Assembly: GCA_017644425.1 (NCBI GenBank)
Contig: JAEPLN010000002.1
Coordinates: forward strand, 41,268 to 105,267
DNA from: Prochlorococcus marinus CUG1433
Lineage (GTDB): Bacteria > Cyanobacteriota > Cyanobacteriia > PCC-6307 > Cyanobiaceae
Length of the DNA stretch: 64,000 nucleotides
Direction of reading: 5' to 3'
This document shows, piece by piece, positions 12,395 to 24,186 of this stretch. The number at the start of each line of letters is the position of its first letter. Position 1 is the stretch's first letter. Under the pieces are notes generated by a model that did not search any database, was not told the origin of the DNA, and saw only the letters and a list, made by a program, of their open reading frames with translations. Made by a program: the position numbers and the translations under genes.

Positions 12395-13867
12395 GTGCAA
12401 AACATTACAACTTCCTTAAAAAAATTGTTTTATCTATGGAGGAGAAGTCAAGTTCCAATAAAACGATTAATTGCAATTTCAAAAATTGACAATCTTATAA
12501 TTTTTCTAATATGCATTTTAATTTCAATAATTTCTTCTTACAAATTACTTTTAACATCACCTTTAGACCTTTCAGCCTTCTATTCTTGGTTATTGACTTT
12601 TACTGAAGTACTAATAAGTTCTGGAATTTTAATATTAGTTTCCAAAAAGGAGAATCCTAAAATTACTTCAAGACAAATTATCTTGATCATAACTCTTCTT
12701 TTAACTGTGCAGGCTACGAAATTAGTTTTTGCCTCAAACATAAGTACACTATCAATCCTTATTCCACCTGCTTTAGTAATATCTCAAGGGATGGGGAGTA
12801 TCACGGCTTTGGCTTGGGTATCAATAGCCAGCATTAGTTGGCCTGACCCATCAATAACTATAAACAATAATTTATTCTTTATTTCTTTAATTTGTGCCTC
12901 AGTAGTATCTGTACTTGGAGGAAGAATTAGAAGTAGAGCACAGTTGCTCCAATTATCTATTTTTGTCCCCACAGGAGCTTTTTTAAGTCAATGGATATTG
13001 ATAGGTAAAGATAAAATATTTCTCATTGAAAACCAAGAATTTGTTTTTGCTAATAGTAATATTTTTTCAGATTCCTTTTTATTAGCAATAGTAATGCTTT
13101 TCACAATATTATTCATACCTATTTTTGAATCATTATTTGGACTTTTAACTAAAGCAAGATTATTGGAATTAGCTGATAAAGAGAAACCTCTTATAAGAAG
13201 ATTGTCTCTTGAGGCTCCTGGTACTTTTGAGCATACCTTACTAATCTGTGGATTAGCAGAGGAAGCTACAAGGATGATTGGGGGTGACATTGACCTTATT
13301 AAGACAGGAGCGCTATATCATGATGTTGGTAAATTGCATGCACCTAATTGGTTTATTGAAAATCAGGATGGCTCAAAGAATCCACATGACGAATTAGATG
13401 ATCCCATCAAAAGTGCGGAGGTATTACAGGCTCATGTTGATGAAGGATTAAAATATGCTAGAAAAAACAGATTACCTCAATCCATTGCTAATTTCATTCC
13501 AGAACATCAAGGCACTCTGAAAATGGGATATTTTTTTCAAAAAGCCAAAGAAAAAAATCTCGCTATTAATGAAAATAATTTTAGATACAAAGGGCCTATT
13601 CCTCAGTCAAAAGAAACAGCTATTTTAATGCTTGCAGATGGATGTGAAGCAGCATTAAGAGCTATGAATATTTATGCTTCAGATATTGAAGCTTTAGAAA
13701 CGATATCAAAAATTATTCATTCACGACAAGAAGATGGACAATTAGATGACAGTAATTTATCCAAGGGAGAAATTTTTCTAATCAAAAGGGCGTTTTTGAG
13801 TGTATGGAAAAGAATTAGACATAGAAGAATCCAGTATCCAACTAGTAAGAATAATACTTTTTCATAA
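12395..13867 (+). CDS. 7TM-HD membrane phosphohydrolase (PgpH/YqfF-like HD-domain protein)
   Basis: 490 aa with GTG start. Multi-helix hydrophobic N-terminal half, then an HD domain (GALYHDVGK ... ADGCEAA). Confidence 0.85.
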   Translation: MQNITTSLKKLFYLWRRSQVPIKRLIAISKIDNLIIFLICILISIISSYKLLLTSPLDLSAFYSWLLTFTEVLISSGILILVSKKENPKITSRQIILIITLLLTVQATKLVFASNISTLSILIPPALVISQGMGSITALAWVSIASISWPDPSITINNNLFFISLICASVVSVLGGRIRSRAQLLQLSIFVPTGAFLSQWILIGKDKIFLIENQEFVFANSNIFSDSFLLAIVMLFTILFIPIFESLFGLLTKARLLELADKEKPLIRRLSLEAPGTFEHTLLICGLAEEATRMIGGDIDLIKTGALYHDVGKLHAPNWFIENQDGSKNPHDELDDPIKSAEVLQAHVDEGLKYARKNRLPQSIANFIPEHQGTLKMGYFFQKAKEKNLAINENNFRYKGPIPQSKETAILMLADGCEAALRAMNIYASDIEALETISKIIHSRQEDGQLDDSNLSKGEIFLIKRAFLSVWKRIRHRRIQYPTSKNNTFS

Positions 13868-13882
13868 AACTCTCCAAATAAT

Positions 13883-14275
13883 TTATAGCCTTATACTTCT
13901 TCTATGTTTTGGATTACACCAATACAAAAGAGCTAACGTGCTTAATAATGTTGTTAAAAGAGTAATACCACCAATTCCAAAAATATCTTGAAGAGTTATT
14001 AGCCTTACAACTGAATAAGGGCCCATTCCAGAAATAACCATTGACAAGGATACAAGAGTTAAAGTTACTCCCCATTTTCTCTCCGCTAAAAGAGCAGCCG
14101 AAGAAACTATTCCAACTATTGCAGCAGGCCAGCCAAGGCTTATGGCGAGTGTTATATTCGCAACTCTTAATGGCGGTCCAAAACTTATTATCAATGCGAT
14201 TATTGGAAGTGCGATTATATTGCTGATTAATCCAAGCCATGAAAGTGCCCAATATCCAATTAATCTTTCTCTCAT
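13883..14275 (-). CDS. hypothetical integral membrane protein
   Basis: 130-aa ORF with about 4 hydrophobic helices. Preferred over the overlapping alternative-frame ORFs, which look like low-complexity noise. Confidence 0.5.
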   Translation of the reverse strand: MRERLIGYWALSWLGLISNIIALPIIALIISFGPPLRVANITLAISLGWPAAIVGIVSSAALLAERKWGVTLTLVSLSMVISGMGPYSVVRLITLQDIFGIGGITLLTTLLSTLALLYWCNPKHRRSIRL

Positions 14276-14355
14276 TATTTACATCTTTATACTTAAATTA
14301 ATCTACATTATTCTGTGTATATTTTTAAGGCTGCTTAATAATCCTGAGAAATGAT

Positions 14356-15996
14356 TTAATTTGCAGGATTAGATAGAAATGATTTATTGGGATTTTCTAA
14401 GTTATCAAATTGTGGGTGAATTGAATTTTTCTTCTGGGAAAATACCAACCTATTTAAAGCATTAACGTAAGCGTTCGCAGCTGCAACAACTACATCAGTG
14501 TCAGCCGAATGGCCAGAATATATCTTATTATCCCTTCTTATTCTTATTGTTACTTCGCCCAAAGCATCAATACCCTCTGTTACCGACTTTACAGAGAATT
14601 CAATTAATTCATTGGGAACTTTAGCTAATTTATTTAAAGCTTCGCATACAGCATCAACAGGTCCAGTCCCTAATGCTACTGCAGTAGCCTCAGTATTATC
14701 TTCAGTGTTAAGAAGAGTTATGGTAGCAGTAGGTTTAGATGCATTACCACAACTTACTTGTACAAGACTTAATTGGAATTTAGCTTCTGGAAGCTGTACT
14801 TGTTCACTCACAATTGCTTCTAAATCTCTGTCAGTAATTTCTCTTTTTCTATCAGCTAAATCTTTAAAACGAGCAAAAGCATCATTTAAGTCTTCCCTAC
14901 TCAAGTCATACCCCATCTCCTCTAATCTTGCCCTTACGGCACTTCTTCCACTAAGTTTTCCCAAAGATATTTTGTTATCGCTTAAGCCAACAGTTTTTGC
15001 ATCGATAATTTCGTAAGTTAATCTATTTTTTAAAACACCATCTTGATGAATGCCAGACTCGTGGGCAAAGGCGTTGGCTCCTACAATTGCTTTATTGGGT
15101 TGAACTGTCATTCCAGTTAAGTTGGAAACGAGCCTAGAAGTTTTTGTTATCTCTTCTGTCCTTATAGCTGTAAGTGGAGTAGGTGAATCTTGATCCCTTT
15201 TGAAAAAATTATTAAAAAAACTTTTCCTAACATGTAAGGCCATTACTAATTCTTCAAGAGAAGCATTTCCGGCTCTTTCTCCAATCCCATTTATCGTACA
15301 CTCTAATTGCCTTGCCCCATTTTTTACTGCTTCAAGAAAATTGGCAACCGCTAAACCTAAATCATTATGACCGTGAACCGAGATTACCGCTTCATCAATA
15401 TTTGGAACATTTTTATTTATTTCGGCAACCAACTTCCCAAATTCACTAGGGGTTGTGAATCCAACAGTATCAGGGATATTTATTGTTGTAGCTCCTGCTG
15501 AAATTGCTAGTTGAATGACTTCGTATAAAAATTCAGGATCACTCCTTGAAGCATCTTCACAAGAGAACTCAATATCATCGACAAATGATTTTGCATAATT
15601 CACCATCTCTGGAACTATGTTAAGAACATCTTTTCTGGATTTTTTTAATTTATGTTTAAGGTGAATATCGCTTGTTGCAATGAAGGTATGTATTCTTTTC
15701 TTGGGGGCTGGACTTATTGCTTCATAACATGCCTTTATATCGCCTTTAGACGCCCTAGCTAAACCGCATATTGTAGGACCATTTTCTTTTCCTACAGCAT
15801 TGGCAATTTTATTAACAGCTTTAAAATCTCCAGGACTTGCAAAAGGGAATCCTGCCTCAATAATATCTACTCCTAATCTTGCTAATTGATGAGCGATAGC
15901 AAGCTTTTCCTCAAGATTTAGGCTCGCACCAGGAGATTGCTCTCCATCTCGAAGAGTTGTATCAAAGATCAAAATTCTTCCAGGATCTTTGGACAT
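14356..15996 (-). CDS. leuA: 2-isopropylmalate synthase
   Basis: 546 aa. HMGL-like barrel ([24 protein letters not shown]) plus a C-terminal LeuA regulatory domain. Confidence 0.95.
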   Translation of the reverse strand: MSKDPGRILIFDTTLRDGEQSPGASLNLEEKLAIAHQLARLGVDIIEAGFPFASPGDFKAVNKIANAVGKENGPTICGLARASKGDIKACYEAISPAPKKRIHTFIATSDIHLKHKLKKSRKDVLNIVPEMVNYAKSFVDDIEFSCEDASRSDPEFLYEVIQLAISAGATTINIPDTVGFTTPSEFGKLVAEINKNVPNIDEAVISVHGHNDLGLAVANFLEAVKNGARQLECTINGIGERAGNASLEELVMALHVRKSFFNNFFKRDQDSPTPLTAIRTEEITKTSRLVSNLTGMTVQPNKAIVGANAFAHESGIHQDGVLKNRLTYEIIDAKTVGLSDNKISLGKLSGRSAVRARLEEMGYDLSREDLNDAFARFKDLADRKREITDRDLEAIVSEQVQLPEAKFQLSLVQVSCGNASKPTATITLLNTEDNTEATAVALGTGPVDAVCEALNKLAKVPNELIEFSVKSVTEGIDALGEVTIRIRRDNKIYSGHSADTDVVVAAANAYVNALNRLVFSQKKNSIHPQFDNLENPNKSFLSNPAN

Positions 15997-16225
15997 GAGA
16001 AGTAACGACTTAAACTTATATTAAGCTAATTAAAAAAAATTGACTAGATGTTTAATCAATATAAAAAAATGCTATTGGGTATTGACTTAACAATATTGGT
16101 TAAAATTTGAGAAAAAAATATAAAAAATTTTATTAATTAAAGTATTGTTTTAAGATTCAAGCTTCTATTTTTATAAAAGGTTAATTTTCATTTTTATAGA
16201 ATTTTAGGCATAAATAATTAAAAAT

Positions 16226-17809
16226 ATGGTTGGGCAATACCCAAAAAAAAATGTTTTAGGCCAATTAGCGATAGTTTTACATGCTCATCTTCCTTATGTT
16301 AGAAAAAATGAAAAAAATTCTTTAGAGGAGGATTGGTTATTTCAGGCAATCTTGGAATGCTACATTCCACTACTTCAAGCAATAGAATCTTCAAAAAAAG
16401 AAAATCCCAAAAATACAAAACTTACTATTAGTTTATCTCCAACATTATTATCACTTTTAAATAATGAGCAAATTAAGGAAACCTTCCCATATTGGATTAA
16501 AACAAGAAATGATTTCTTAAGCGAGCTTCCACAAAAAGAAAAAAATGCCTCTGCATTTTTGTTGAAGAACCTTAATGAAAAATACTTATATTGGCAGGAA
16601 TGTTCTGGAAATTTAACTCAGCAGTTTAAAGTTTTAAATCAATCTGGGAATTTAGATATTCTTACTTGTGCCGCCACACACGGATATTTACCTATTCTAA
16701 GAGAGAATCCTGAAACGGTTAAAGGGCAAATTAATACAGCAATTAGAAGTCATGAAGATATTTTTGGAACAAAGCCCTTAGGTATCTGGTTACCTGAATG
16801 TGCATATTATGAGAATCTAGATGAAATACTATTTAACTCTGGAATTAGATATGCAATTTTAGATGGTCATGGCATTTTAAATGCTACTCCAAGGCCTAGA
16901 TATGGAGTTTATGCTCCAATTTGCTCCAATAAGGGAGTTGCTTTCTTCGGTAGAGATAGTGAGTCAACCCTTCCCGTGTGGTCTGCAAAGGATGGATTTC
17001 CTGGAGATGGGGTCTATAGAGAATTTCATAAAGATTTGGGATGGGAATTACCTATCTCTAAGCTCCAAAAGAAAGGTATTTCAAGTAAAAGACCTTTGGG
17101 ATTAAAATATCATAGGATAACGGATGCAAAAACATCACTAGATAAAAAAGAGTTTTACCTTGAAAATGAAGCTATTAAAAAGGCTGCGGATCATGCTAAT
17201 GACTACCTACTAGAGAGATCTAAACAATTAGAAAAATTAACTTTATCTTCCCCTTTTTTGCCTTTGTTGGTAGCTCCATTTGATGCAGAGTTATTTGGAC
17301 ATTGGTGGTATGAAGGCCCTTTGTTTATTAAGAATATTTTGATGAACTCTCCTAAATTTTCAATTGAGTTAACAAATTTAAAAGAATTTTTAATTCAAAA
17401 GCCAAATATTCAGATATGTGATCCATCACCTTCAAGCTGGGGGCAAGGTGGTTACCATAACTATTGGATTAATGACTCAAATGCATGGATTGTTCCTGAA
17501 ATTACAAAAGCAGGTTCAGCTTTTGTTGATTTATGTTCGAAAAAACTTAATGATGATTTATCTGTAAGACTTTTCAAGCAAGCAGCTAGAGAGTTGCTTC
17601 TTTCTGAGTCCTCTGATTGGAGTTTTATCCTTAGAGCTGGAACTACAACTAATCTCGCTAAAGAAAGGATAGAAAGGCATTTATTTAGGTTCTGGAAATT
17701 AGTTGGAATGATAAAAGATAGTTCCACCATTAATATAAATTTTCTTGAGGATATTGAGGAAGAGGATAAGGTTTTCTCAAATATTAATATTGATGACTGG
17801 CGAAAATAA
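16226..17809 (+). CDS. glycoside hydrolase family 57 protein (alpha-glucan branching/processing enzyme type)
   Basis: 527 aa. Cyanobacterial GH57-like pattern (LHAHLPYVR, GIWLPECAY, PFDAELFGHWWYEG). Confidence 0.85.
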   Translation: MVGQYPKKNVLGQLAIVLHAHLPYVRKNEKNSLEEDWLFQAILECYIPLLQAIESSKKENPKNTKLTISLSPTLLSLLNNEQIKETFPYWIKTRNDFLSELPQKEKNASAFLLKNLNEKYLYWQECSGNLTQQFKVLNQSGNLDILTCAATHGYLPILRENPETVKGQINTAIRSHEDIFGTKPLGIWLPECAYYENLDEILFNSGIRYAILDGHGILNATPRPRYGVYAPICSNKGVAFFGRDSESTLPVWSAKDGFPGDGVYREFHKDLGWELPISKLQKKGISSKRPLGLKYHRITDAKTSLDKKEFYLENEAIKKAADHANDYLLERSKQLEKLTLSSPFLPLLVAPFDAELFGHWWYEGPLFIKNILMNSPKFSIELTNLKEFLIQKPNIQICDPSPSSWGQGGYHNYWINDSNAWIVPEITKAGSAFVDLCSKKLNDDLSVRLFKQAARELLLSESSDWSFILRAGTTTNLAKERIERHLFRFWKLVGMIKDSSTININFLEDIEEEDKVFSNINIDDWRK

Positions 17810-17814
17810 AAAAA

Positions 17815-19026
17815 TCAATTTAAGTTAAGCATTCCAAGTTTTACTTTTAATGGTGAATTTATAAACATCTTACTCATTACGTAAATTAATTTTGGAAGTG
17901 GAAGTGTATTAGTTAAAAACCCAACCCATTCCTTGGTTGATAATCTAAAGAAATTTGAGAAAAAGCTTCTTAGTCTACTTTCGTCAAAACTCATTAATCG
18001 TCGTAGACCATATTGATAAAGCTTGTGCCTTTGTCTTAATTCGTACGGCCATAGGATATCCCAACCTTGAGTTGCCAGCTCAAAAGAACTTAGATCAGGT
18101 TCTTTTAAAAAGATTGCCAATTTTTCTGCAAGGAGTGGAGCCCTTCTTAATAAAGATCCGATCATATATCCTGATGCAGGGTGCACCATACTTGCTGCTC
18201 CTCCAAAACCTAATACAAATTGTTTTTTAAATGGAAGAGGTAAATTCATTGGAAAAAGACAATTTTCTTCATGAATAATTTCTCTTACTTTAATACCCTT
18301 ATTATTCAGTCTTTGTAAAAGTCTTTTTTTTAGGTTTTCTTGGGATATTGCAGGATAACTGGCTAATGAAGTTTCTTCAACAAAGAAAGTTTCATTCCCT
18401 AGATCCATTGCATAAAGAAAGGAGGGAGAGGAAAGTTTTTCTTCTTTATTTAAGTGATTTGGACGAAAATCCATTAATACAAACTGTTCCTTATTAACTG
18501 GCGGTGAAGAGAATTTTCCGACTATTCCATATGCAGCTTGCTGAGCGATTTTATTCTCAACTGGTCTTTTTATAAAATTACTTTTATGCCCACTTGCATC
18601 AATAACCAATCTTGCTTTTATTTTAAGACCAGAAAAACAAATCACTTCGGATAATTTATTGTTCTCTCTAATATCTTTTGCTGTATCATTAAGCCATTCA
18701 ATTCCTTTGCATTGTCTTAATAATTCACTTTGGAAGGCTTCTTGATTTATTAAACCATAATCATAATTATGTTTTGTTGGAATATTCCCCTTTTTATTTT
18801 CCCCATTTCCAAAAAAACTAACTGTTTTGCACCATCGATGGGATAACAAAGATTCTAGTCCTAATTCTTCCAATTCAGATGCCCAGATCCCATATGTATT
18901 CTCCCATCTTTCATTTGGAGATTTTGTTGATATCCCCTTTATTTTTAGATTCTGCTTGGCTAATTCAGAAGCTAAGCATAATGCTGCAGGACCTGAACCT
19001 AAAATTAAAATATCAAGAGTTTCCAT
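17815..19026 (-). CDS. crtL: CrtL-type lycopene cyclase (beta versus epsilon specificity not decidable from sequence alone)
   Basis: 403 aa. N-terminal dinucleotide fold DILILGSGPAALCLA and CrtL-family length and pattern. Confidence 0.85.
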   Translation of the reverse strand: METLDILILGSGPAALCLASELAKQNLKIKGISTKSPNERWENTYGIWASELEELGLESLLSHRWCKTVSFFGNGENKKGNIPTKHNYDYGLINQEAFQSELLRQCKGIEWLNDTAKDIRENNKLSEVICFSGLKIKARLVIDASGHKSNFIKRPVENKIAQQAAYGIVGKFSSPPVNKEQFVLMDFRPNHLNKEEKLSSPSFLYAMDLGNETFFVEETSLASYPAISQENLKKRLLQRLNNKGIKVREIIHEENCLFPMNLPLPFKKQFVLGFGGAASMVHPASGYMIGSLLRRAPLLAEKLAIFLKEPDLSSFELATQGWDILWPYELRQRHKLYQYGLRRLMSFDESRLRSFFSNFFRLSTKEWVGFLTNTLPLPKLIYVMSKMFINSPLKVKLGMLNLN

Positions 19027-19046
19027 ATAATCTAATTAACTATTTT

Positions 19047-21644
19047 TTAATTATTTTCCCCTGAGCTTATTTCATCTATTCCCTCTATTTGTTCACGAGG
19101 AACTAGTACTACTTCTGATAAGTGATCCCCCTCGTCTAGTTTTTGTAATTTAACTCCAGTAGCAGCTCTAGATTGCTGAGAAATTTTATCTGCATTTGTT
19201 CTTACGATTACACCTCTTTCAGTAATAAAAAGTAATTCTTCTCCCGCACCCAGGACTTTCAAACAAACTAGTACATCATCTGTAATCCTAAATTTTATCG
19301 CTCTTAAACCCATCCCTGCTCTCTTTTGTAATCTAAACTGGGTTACTGGTACTCTCTTCCCTAATCCAAATGCACTGGCTATCAATACCCATGGTCCTTC
19401 TGAAGAGTTAACCTCAAGATTTTCATCAATTTCTTTATTAACTTCGTCAATTTTTGCCAATTGATCCACTAAATCGGATGTTAAGACATCCATGGATACA
19501 AGATTGTCTCCTTCTCTAAGATTCATTGATTTAACCCCTCTTGCTGTCCTTCCAAGTGGTCTTAATTCGTTTAGATCCAATCTGAAATGAATAGCCATTC
19601 CAGTTCTTGATCCAATTAAAACACTATCGCCTTCTTTTGATAATCTGACCCATGTTAAGGCGTCTCCCTCCTCAAGATTGATAGCTATTAGGCCATTTGA
19701 GCGAATTTTAGAGAAAGCGGAAAGTGAAGTTCTTTTGATATATCCAGCCTTGGTTAGCATTAATAAATAACAATCGTTATCAAAAGACTCTACTGCAACT
19801 AGTGAAGTTATTTTTTCTTCCCTTGGTATTGGGAGAAGTTGAACAGATGGAGTCCCTTTTGCTGTTCTGCTACTCATAGGAACTCTATATGCTGGCAAAG
19901 CATAAGCTACCCCTCTATCACTGAAAAGCAGAAGAGTATCATGATCATTACAGCTTATAGATAATTTCACCTCATCATCATCTTTACTCTTTGTGCCAGC
20001 TTTCCCCCTTGATCCACGACTGGTAGGTTCAAAATCATTAACAGGCATTCTTTTCAAATATCCTGCTTCAGTTATTAAAACTACTGATCTGTCATTAGCT
20101 ATAAGATCAATATCATCTAAGCCGCCACCTAAATCAAGTATCTCTGTTTTTCTTGGAGAAGAAAATTTCTCATCAATTTTATTAAGTTCTTCAAGAATAA
20201 TCTCAAAAATTCTTTGTTTACTATCCAATATTTGTTTATATTGGTTGATTTTTTTTGTTAATTCATCATGTTCTGATTTGATTTTATCGGCTTCTAAGGC
20301 TGTTAATCTTCTTAACTGCATTTGCAAGATTGCTTCTGCTTGAATAGAAGTTAACTCATGATCAGTTTGTAATTTTTCTCGCGCTGAAATTGTATCTTTT
20401 GCTGATCTTATAAGATTAATAATTTCATCCATAGCAGCCAAAGCTAATAAAAGGCCCTCTATTATGTGATCTCTTTCTTCTGCCTTTTTTAATAAAAATC
20501 CAGTTCTTCGCCTTATTGTGGCTACTCTAAAATCAAGAAATACATCTAACATTTTTCGAAGTGAAAGTGTAGTAGGTTCTCCTTTAACTAAAGCCAAAAT
20601 ATTTGCACTGAAATTATTTTGCAGGGGAGTCAACTTAAATAAATTATTTAAAACTACTTGGGGGTAGGCGTCTCTTTTTAGCTCGATAACAATTCTCATA
20701 CCATCTCGATCACTTTCATCTCTAATATCAGAAATCCCTTCTAATTTTTTCTCATTAACCAAGTCCGCAATTCTCTCGATCAAGGCTGCTTTATTTGTTT
20801 GAAAAGGTAGTTCAGTAATTATTACTGCATCTTTTTCTGCCCTCCCAACTGATTTAATTTGCTCAATATTTGCTACACCTCTCATAGTTATTGAACCTTT
20901 TCCTGTTTTGAAGGTTTCTCTAATACCATCTTTTCCTAAGATTTGTCCGCCAGTAGGGAAATCAGGACCCTTAATAAGTTCAAAAAGATCTCTATCTTCA
21001 ATTGAAGGGTTTTGGATTATTGATTTAAGACCAACGATTAATTCTCCTAAGTTATGAGGTGGAATATTAGTAGCCATTCCCACTGCTATTCCGGATGATC
21101 CATTTAAGAGGAGTTGAGGTATTCTCGCAGGTAATACTGTTGGCTCTTGTTGGGAGCCGTCAAAGTTATCAGCGAAATCTACAGTTTCAGACTCAATATC
21201 TTCTAATAAACTTTCATCTGTAAGAGACTGTAAACGAGATTCTGTATATCTCATTGCTGCTGGAGGATCATTATCTACAGAACCAAAGTTTCCATGACCA
21301 TCTATAAGTGGCATCCTCATAGAGAAATCTTGAGCCATCCTCACTAAAGCATCATAGACTGCAGTATCACCATGGGGGTGGTATTTACCTAGTACCTCTC
21401 CGACAACTCTTGCACATTTTCTGTAAGGTCTTCCACTAGTTAAACCAAGTTCATACATTGCATAAAGAATTCTTCTATGAACAGGCTTTAATCCATCTCT
21501 CGCATCTGGAAGTGCACGACCAACAATAACGCTCATTGCGTACTCAAGATAAGAGCGAGACATCTCATTTCTTAAGTCGGTTTGAATTATTCGATCGTTA
21601 TCTTCACTTAATCCAGAATTTCCGGAATCTACAATATCAGACAT
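19047..21644 (-). CDS. gyrA: DNA gyrase subunit A
   Basis: 865 aa. GKYHPHGD, catalytic Tyr context AAMRYTE, and a beta-pinwheel C-terminal domain with a GyrA-box-like SRGSRGKAG. Confidence 0.9.
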   Translation of the reverse strand: MSDIVDSGNSGLSEDNDRIIQTDLRNEMSRSYLEYAMSVIVGRALPDARDGLKPVHRRILYAMYELGLTSGRPYRKCARVVGEVLGKYHPHGDTAVYDALVRMAQDFSMRMPLIDGHGNFGSVDNDPPAAMRYTESRLQSLTDESLLEDIESETVDFADNFDGSQQEPTVLPARIPQLLLNGSSGIAVGMATNIPPHNLGELIVGLKSIIQNPSIEDRDLFELIKGPDFPTGGQILGKDGIRETFKTGKGSITMRGVANIEQIKSVGRAEKDAVIITELPFQTNKAALIERIADLVNEKKLEGISDIRDESDRDGMRIVIELKRDAYPQVVLNNLFKLTPLQNNFSANILALVKGEPTTLSLRKMLDVFLDFRVATIRRRTGFLLKKAEERDHIIEGLLLALAAMDEIINLIRSAKDTISAREKLQTDHELTSIQAEAILQMQLRRLTALEADKIKSEHDELTKKINQYKQILDSKQRIFEIILEELNKIDEKFSSPRKTEILDLGGGLDDIDLIANDRSVVLITEAGYLKRMPVNDFEPTSRGSRGKAGTKSKDDDEVKLSISCNDHDTLLLFSDRGVAYALPAYRVPMSSRTAKGTPSVQLLPIPREEKITSLVAVESFDNDCYLLMLTKAGYIKRTSLSAFSKIRSNGLIAINLEEGDALTWVRLSKEGDSVLIGSRTGMAIHFRLDLNELRPLGRTARGVKSMNLREGDNLVSMDVLTSDLVDQLAKIDEVNKEIDENLEVNSSEGPWVLIASAFGLGKRVPVTQFRLQKRAGMGLRAIKFRITDDVLVCLKVLGAGEELLFITERGVIVRTNADKISQQSRAATGVKLQKLDEGDHLSEVVLVPREQIEGIDEISSGENN

Positions 21645-21812
21645 ACAAAAAACCTTTCTTTAATAATAATCGTTGTTTGTCATAATGAAAAAAAAAAAAA
21701 TATAAATTTAATTCCCAAATACTCACATTTACACATAAATTAAAAAAAAATCTATTGTTTTTGAATAAACCTTGGCTTATTACCCCTTTAGTTGTTAATT
21801 TAATCAGAATAA

Positions 21813-22988
21813 ATGAAAAATTCCGTGAATATTGAACTTGGTTTAAACAAAAAAGTCAGAAGGGCTTATGGCATTGATGAAATAGCACTAGTCCCTGGGA
21901 AAAGAACCCTTGATTACGATTTAACTGATCCTTCTTGGTTAATAGGTGATTTAAAGAGAGAAGTCCCAATCATAGCAAGTGCTATGGACAGCGTTGTTGA
22001 TGTCGACACGGCTGTAGAACTTACCAAATTAGGTGCTCTAGGTGTCATTAATATGGAAGGCATACAAACACGATATGAAAATCCCGATGAAATACTAATT
22101 CAAATAGCATCAGTTGGGAAGAATGATTTTGTTCCTTTAATGCAAAAGATTTATAGTGAACCCATCAAGGATGAATTGATACTACGTAGAATAAATGAAG
22201 TTAAAGATAGAGGAGGTATTGCCGCGTTTAGTGGAACCCCTCAAGCTGCTATTAAATTTAGAGAAACACTTAATAATTCAAAAATAGATTTATTTTTCCT
22301 TCAGGGAACAGTTGTTTCAACTGAACATCTTGGTATGGAAGGCAAGGAATCCTTAAATATTAAAGATCTCTGCAAATCCATGAGAGTTCCTGTAGTTGCT
22401 GGTAATTGTGTTACTTACGAAGTGGCTAAACTTCTTATGCAGGCAGGTGTAGCGGGATTAATGGTAGGCATAGGCCCTGGAGCTGCATGTACTTCGAGAG
22501 GAGTACTAGGTATTGGAATACCTCAAGCAACCGCAATCGCTGATTGTAGTTCGGCGAGAGATGATTTTTTTAGAGAAAGCGGTCGTTATATTCCAATAAT
22601 CGGGGATGGAGGAATTGTGACTGGCGGGGATATTTGTAAATGTTTAGCATGCGGTGCAGATGCTGTAATGATTGGTTCGCCGATAGCTAAATCCTCAAAC
22701 GCTCCTGGCAAAGGATTTCATTGGGGCATGGCTACTCCAAGTCCTATATTACCAAGGGGTACAAGAATTGAAGTTGGGAGTACAGGATCCTTAGAGAGGA
22801 TAATTAAAGGTCCTGCATTGCTCGACGATGGGACTCATAATTTATTAGGTGCAATTAGAACATCAATGAGTACTCTTGGGGCAAGAAATATCAAAGAAAT
22901 GCAAGAGGTTGAAATAGTTATTGCACCATCTCTCCTAACAGAGGGTAAGGTTTATCAAAAAGCTCAACAACTTGGGATGGGTAAATAG
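21813..22988 (+). CDS. guaB: IMP dehydrogenase family protein (short form without CBS pair)
   Basis: 391 aa. IMPDH/GMPR barrel with catalytic loop GIGPGAACTSR and GDGGI phosphate-binding motif. Confidence 0.85.
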   Translation: MKNSVNIELGLNKKVRRAYGIDEIALVPGKRTLDYDLTDPSWLIGDLKREVPIIASAMDSVVDVDTAVELTKLGALGVINMEGIQTRYENPDEILIQIASVGKNDFVPLMQKIYSEPIKDELILRRINEVKDRGGIAAFSGTPQAAIKFRETLNNSKIDLFFLQGTVVSTEHLGMEGKESLNIKDLCKSMRVPVVAGNCVTYEVAKLLMQAGVAGLMVGIGPGAACTSRGVLGIGIPQATAIADCSSARDDFFRESGRYIPIIGDGGIVTGGDICKCLACGADAVMIGSPIAKSSNAPGKGFHWGMATPSPILPRGTRIEVGSTGSLERIIKGPALLDDGTHNLLGAIRTSMSTLGARNIKEMQEVEIVIAPSLLTEGKVYQKAQQLGMGK

Positions 22989-23072
22989 TTCTTTATATGG
23001 AGAAAATCTTAAAAACTTAGTGAATTAAGTATTAAAGTGAACAAATTTCGCTTTAGGAGTTATTATTAATTA

Positions 23073-23129
23073 ATGGGGGAAACCCCATACTCCTCACACA
23101 CTAAATCGCCCGATTAATCGGGCTTTTTT
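23073..23129 (+). ncRNA. yfr1: Yfr1 small regulatory RNA
   Basis: ATGGGG-GAAA-CCCCAT hairpin (23073-23088), the unpaired 11-nt core ACTCCTCACAC (23089-23099), then terminator GCCCG-ATTAAT-CGGGC plus T6 (23108-23129). TATTAT -10 candidate at 23061-23066. It lies in the guaB-trxA spacer, the location I remember for Yfr1 in marine picocyanobacteria. Confidence 0.8.
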
Positions 23130-23220
23130 AGATATTTTGTTACTTATATTATTTTATCTGTAATGAAAGCATCACTTAAAAGAATTGCCTGCTAAATTTT
23201 CTTAAAGGAATACTTAAATT

Positions 23221-23544
23221 ATGTCATCAGCTCCAGCCGTAACTGATTCTTCATTTGACAAGGATGTACTGCAAAGTGATCTGCCAGTATTGGTTGATTT
23301 TTGGGCACCATGGTGCGGTCCATGTAGGATGGTTGCACCAGTTGTAGAAGAAATCTCAAAAGACTTTGAAGGTAAAATTAAAGTTTTTAAATTAAATACA
23401 GATGAGAACCCAAATGTTGCAAGTCAATATGGAATTAGAAGTATTCCAACATTAATGATTTTCAAAGGTGGTCAAAAGGTTGATACTGTTGTTGGAGCCG
23501 TACCAAAAGCAACTCTTTCGAGCACATTAACTAAGCATTTATAA
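23221..23544 (+). CDS. trxA: thioredoxin
   Basis: 107 aa with WCGPC active site. Confidence 0.95.
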   Translation: MSSAPAVTDSSFDKDVLQSDLPVLVDFWAPWCGPCRMVAPVVEEISKDFEGKIKVFKLNTDENPNVASQYGIRSIPTLMIFKGGQKVDTVVGAVPKATLSSTLTKHL

Positions 23545-23554
23545 ACAAAAAGCT

Positions 23555-24172
23555 TTGCATAAAATTGGACTTATAGACTATGGGATGGGTAACATTCATT
23601 CTGTTACAAAATCTTTAGAAAGTCTTGGAGAAGAAATAATTTTAATTAAAAACTTTAATGAAACCAAGGCTTGTAAGGCGATAATACTTCCTGGAGTTGG
23701 ATCTTTTGATCCTGCAATGAGTAATCTTGCAAATACAAATTTGATAACTGATCTGAAAAATTGGATTAATAGTGGGAAGTCTTTTTTAGGAATTTGTTTA
23801 GGGCTTCAACTCCTTTTTGAATCTAGTGATGAAGGAAAAGCTCCAGGACTAGGCATTTTTAAGGGGAAAATAAAAAAAATACCTTACATGGTTAACCAAA
23901 GAATTCCGCACATGGGTTGGTGCCAATTAATACCTACAAAGCCAAATACTTTACTAGAGCTAAAGGAATTAAATAATTGGGTTTATTTTGTACATTCTTA
24001 CCATGCAATACCAGATAAGACTAATATTATCTCAGCTCAGGTTAATTATGGTTCTGAAAAATTAACAGCGATTATTGAAAATGATAATTTGTTGGCCTGT
24101 CAATTTCATCCTGAAAAATCTGGTAAAACTGGAGAAAAACTTTTAAGAAGATGGATTTCTAATATTCAATAA
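23555..24172 (+). CDS. hisH: imidazole glycerol phosphate synthase, glutamine amidotransferase subunit
   Basis: 205 aa with TTG start. Class-I GATase (GICLGLQ nucleophile, HPEKS). Confidence 0.93.
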   Translation: MHKIGLIDYGMGNIHSVTKSLESLGEEIILIKNFNETKACKAIILPGVGSFDPAMSNLANTNLITDLKNWINSGKSFLGICLGLQLLFESSDEGKAPGLGIFKGKIKKIPYMVNQRIPHMGWCQLIPTKPNTLLELKELNNWVYFVHSYHAIPDKTNIISAQVNYGSEKLTAIIENDNLLACQFHPEKSGKTGEKLLRRWISNIQ

Positions 24173-24186
24173 CTAAAAATTTTCGG

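Noticed and set aside
13914-14252. 112-aa alternative-frame minus ORF, plus the plus-strand ORFs 13800..13991, 14041..14226 and 14142..14354
   Set aside because: They overlap the 130-aa four-helix membrane ORF (13883..14275), which has the more coherent hydrophobic periodicity. Only one can be real.
14498-15016. 172-aa plus-strand ORF inside leuA. Similar long antisense or alternate-frame ORFs occur at 547..732, 2903..3106, 11770..12120, 19993..20343, 28373..28744, 29419..29724, 34245..34610, 45085..45456, 46709..46948, 48787..49032 and 63607..63807.
   Set aside because: All are fully embedded in strongly recognisable genes on the other strand. They have Ser/Leu/Ile-rich low-complexity translations, so they were treated as shadow ORFs.
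21689-21703. A13 homopolymer in the gyrA / guaB divergent spacer
   Set aside because: It is probably just AT-rich promoter spacer. No associated structure or ORF suggests phase variation.
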